Both the position numbers and the translations under genes were made by a program. A stretch of DNA of 64,000 nucleotides from Candidatus Bathyarchaeota archaeon (GTDB lineage Archaea > Thermoproteota > Bathyarchaeia > Bathyarchaeales > Bathycorpusculaceae), in NCBI GenBank assembly GCA_963720565.1, contig CAVRFW010000009.1, positions 192,001 to 256,000 of the forward strand. The letters are read 5' to 3'. Below the pieces are notes generated by a model. That model was not told the DNA's origin, searched no databases, and saw nothing but the letters and a program-made list of their open reading frames with translations. Of this stretch, positions 62,897-64,000 are shown piece after piece (within the stretch, counting starts at the first letter, position 1; the number at the start of each line of letters is the position of its first letter).

Positions 62897-63544
62897 ATGG
62901 TACAGAACGATGCAACTAGCCAATTGGTCCTGAAAGGAACAACAACAATAGGCGTCGTCTGCAAAGATGGCGTAATCTTAGCTTCAGATACACGTGTAAC
63001 GATGGGTTACTATGTAGCACACAAATTTGGAAAAAAAGTCTATAGAATAGACGATCACTTAGGCATGACAATCGCTGGAACAGTTGCAGATGCCCAACGC
63101 GTGGTGGATATTCTAACTGCCAATGCACAACTCTACAGAATAAACATGGATAGACCCATGCCGGTGAGTTCTGCAGCCAGGCTTACAGCTAACCTCTTAT
63201 TCAATAACAGATATGTGCCGCTATCCACTCAAATTCTAATCGGCGGATTAGACGATTCAGGTCCACACGTTTTTAACATAGATCCCTACGGGAGCTTAAC
63301 AGAAGAGAAATTTGTCTCAACAGGATCTGGTTCACCCATAGCCTACGGCGTATTGGAAGACAAGTACAGAGAAAACATGACGATTGCCGAGTTGTTGCCT
63401 ACCATTGTTAGAGCAGTAAACGCGGCGATGAAACGTGACATTGGCAGCGGCAACAGTTACAATATTACAGTAATAGACAAAAACGGGTATCGGGAACTAA
63501 CCGAAGAGGAGAAGCGCAACCTGCTGGAAGATCGAGGAAGTTAA
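62897..63544 (+). CDS. psmB: Proteasome beta subunit
   Basis: Propeptide then G-TTTIG, AG.VADAQ, TGSGS..AYGVLE and RD..SG. Confidence 0.96.
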   Translation: MVQNDATSQLVLKGTTTIGVVCKDGVILASDTRVTMGYYVAHKFGKKVYRIDDHLGMTIAGTVADAQRVVDILTANAQLYRINMDRPMPVSSAARLTANLLFNNRYVPLSTQILIGGLDDSGPHVFNIDPYGSLTEEKFVSTGSGSPIAYGVLEDKYRENMTIAELLPTIVRAVNAAMKRDIGSGNSYNITVIDKNGYRELTEEEKRNLLEDRGS

Positions 63545-63549
63545 AAGGC

Positions 63550-64000
63550 GTGGCTAGAAGCTCAGAAAAAGAGAAAGACAAGATAGAAATTAGCCACTAC
63601 ATTCTCGAACATGTTCCCAGAGAAGCAGAAGTGACCAGAATAGAATATGAAGGCCCAATGCTTGCTGTCTACACAAAGAAGCCGGAGGTCCTTGTTGAAC
63701 AAGGCAGCATTGTTGCAGAAATTGTTGGAGTAATAAGAAAACGGATAGTCATACGCCCAGACCCTTCAGTGCGGCTGCCAGAAACTGAAGCAGAAAGAAT
63801 AACACGCGAATTGATAGCGGCTGAAGCAGAGATAACAGACATCACCTTTGACCCAAGCCTAGGCGAAATAATAATCGAAACAAAGAAACCTGGCTTGGTG
63901 ATTGGAAGAAACGGGGCTGTCTTGCAGGAGATTATCAAGAAAACCAAATGGCGCCCACACGTTCTGAGAAGTCCTCCGATTAAATCTAAGATAATCACTC
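63550..64000 (+). CDS. fttA: aCPSF1/FttA beta-CASP ribonuclease with KH domains; partial
   Basis: Not in the ORF track. From GTG 63550: ...VTRIEYEGPMLAVYTKKP...KRIVIRPDPSVR...KKPGLVIGRNG; conserved psmB-aCPSF1 order. Confidence 0.9.
   Translation, partial: MARSSEKEKDKIEISHYILEHVPREAEVTRIEYEGPMLAVYTKKPEVLVEQGSIVAEIVGVIRKRIVIRPDPSVRLPETEAERITRELIAAEAEITDITFDPSLGEIIIETKKPGLVIGRNGAVLQEIIKKTKWRPHVLRSPPIKSKIIT

Overview
Archaeal chromosomal window made almost entirely of housekeeping genes. The gene content fits a TACK archaeon, most likely Bathyarchaeia (inference from Alba, L40e/S28e/L24e/L7Ae, TFB-Gar1, SMC-ScpAB, an Ftr-family gene, ADP-forming Acd and class I GAPDH). It contains a purF-purD-HAD(EhaR-like)-Ftr-paralogue operon running off the left edge, aspS, an intron-containing initiator tRNA-Met, an unannotated box C/D sRNA, a his operon (GDCBHAFI), two radical SAM genes, ino1-gcvH-flavoprotein reductase, glycogen genes, gap-pgk, smc-scpA-scpB, the lower modified (Aeropyrum-type) mevalonate pathway as one operon with a frameshifted fni, moaCB, cdc6 with a long upstream intergenic region, tpiA, galT, egsA, proteasome beta and a partial aCPSF1/FttA. 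No mobile elements or CRISPR arrays were seen. The most interesting lead is the Ftr paralogue plus HAD phosphatase sitting where purN/purT would be expected, a candidate H4MPT-dependent GAR formylation system. All calls come from motif recognition by eye; no searches were run.
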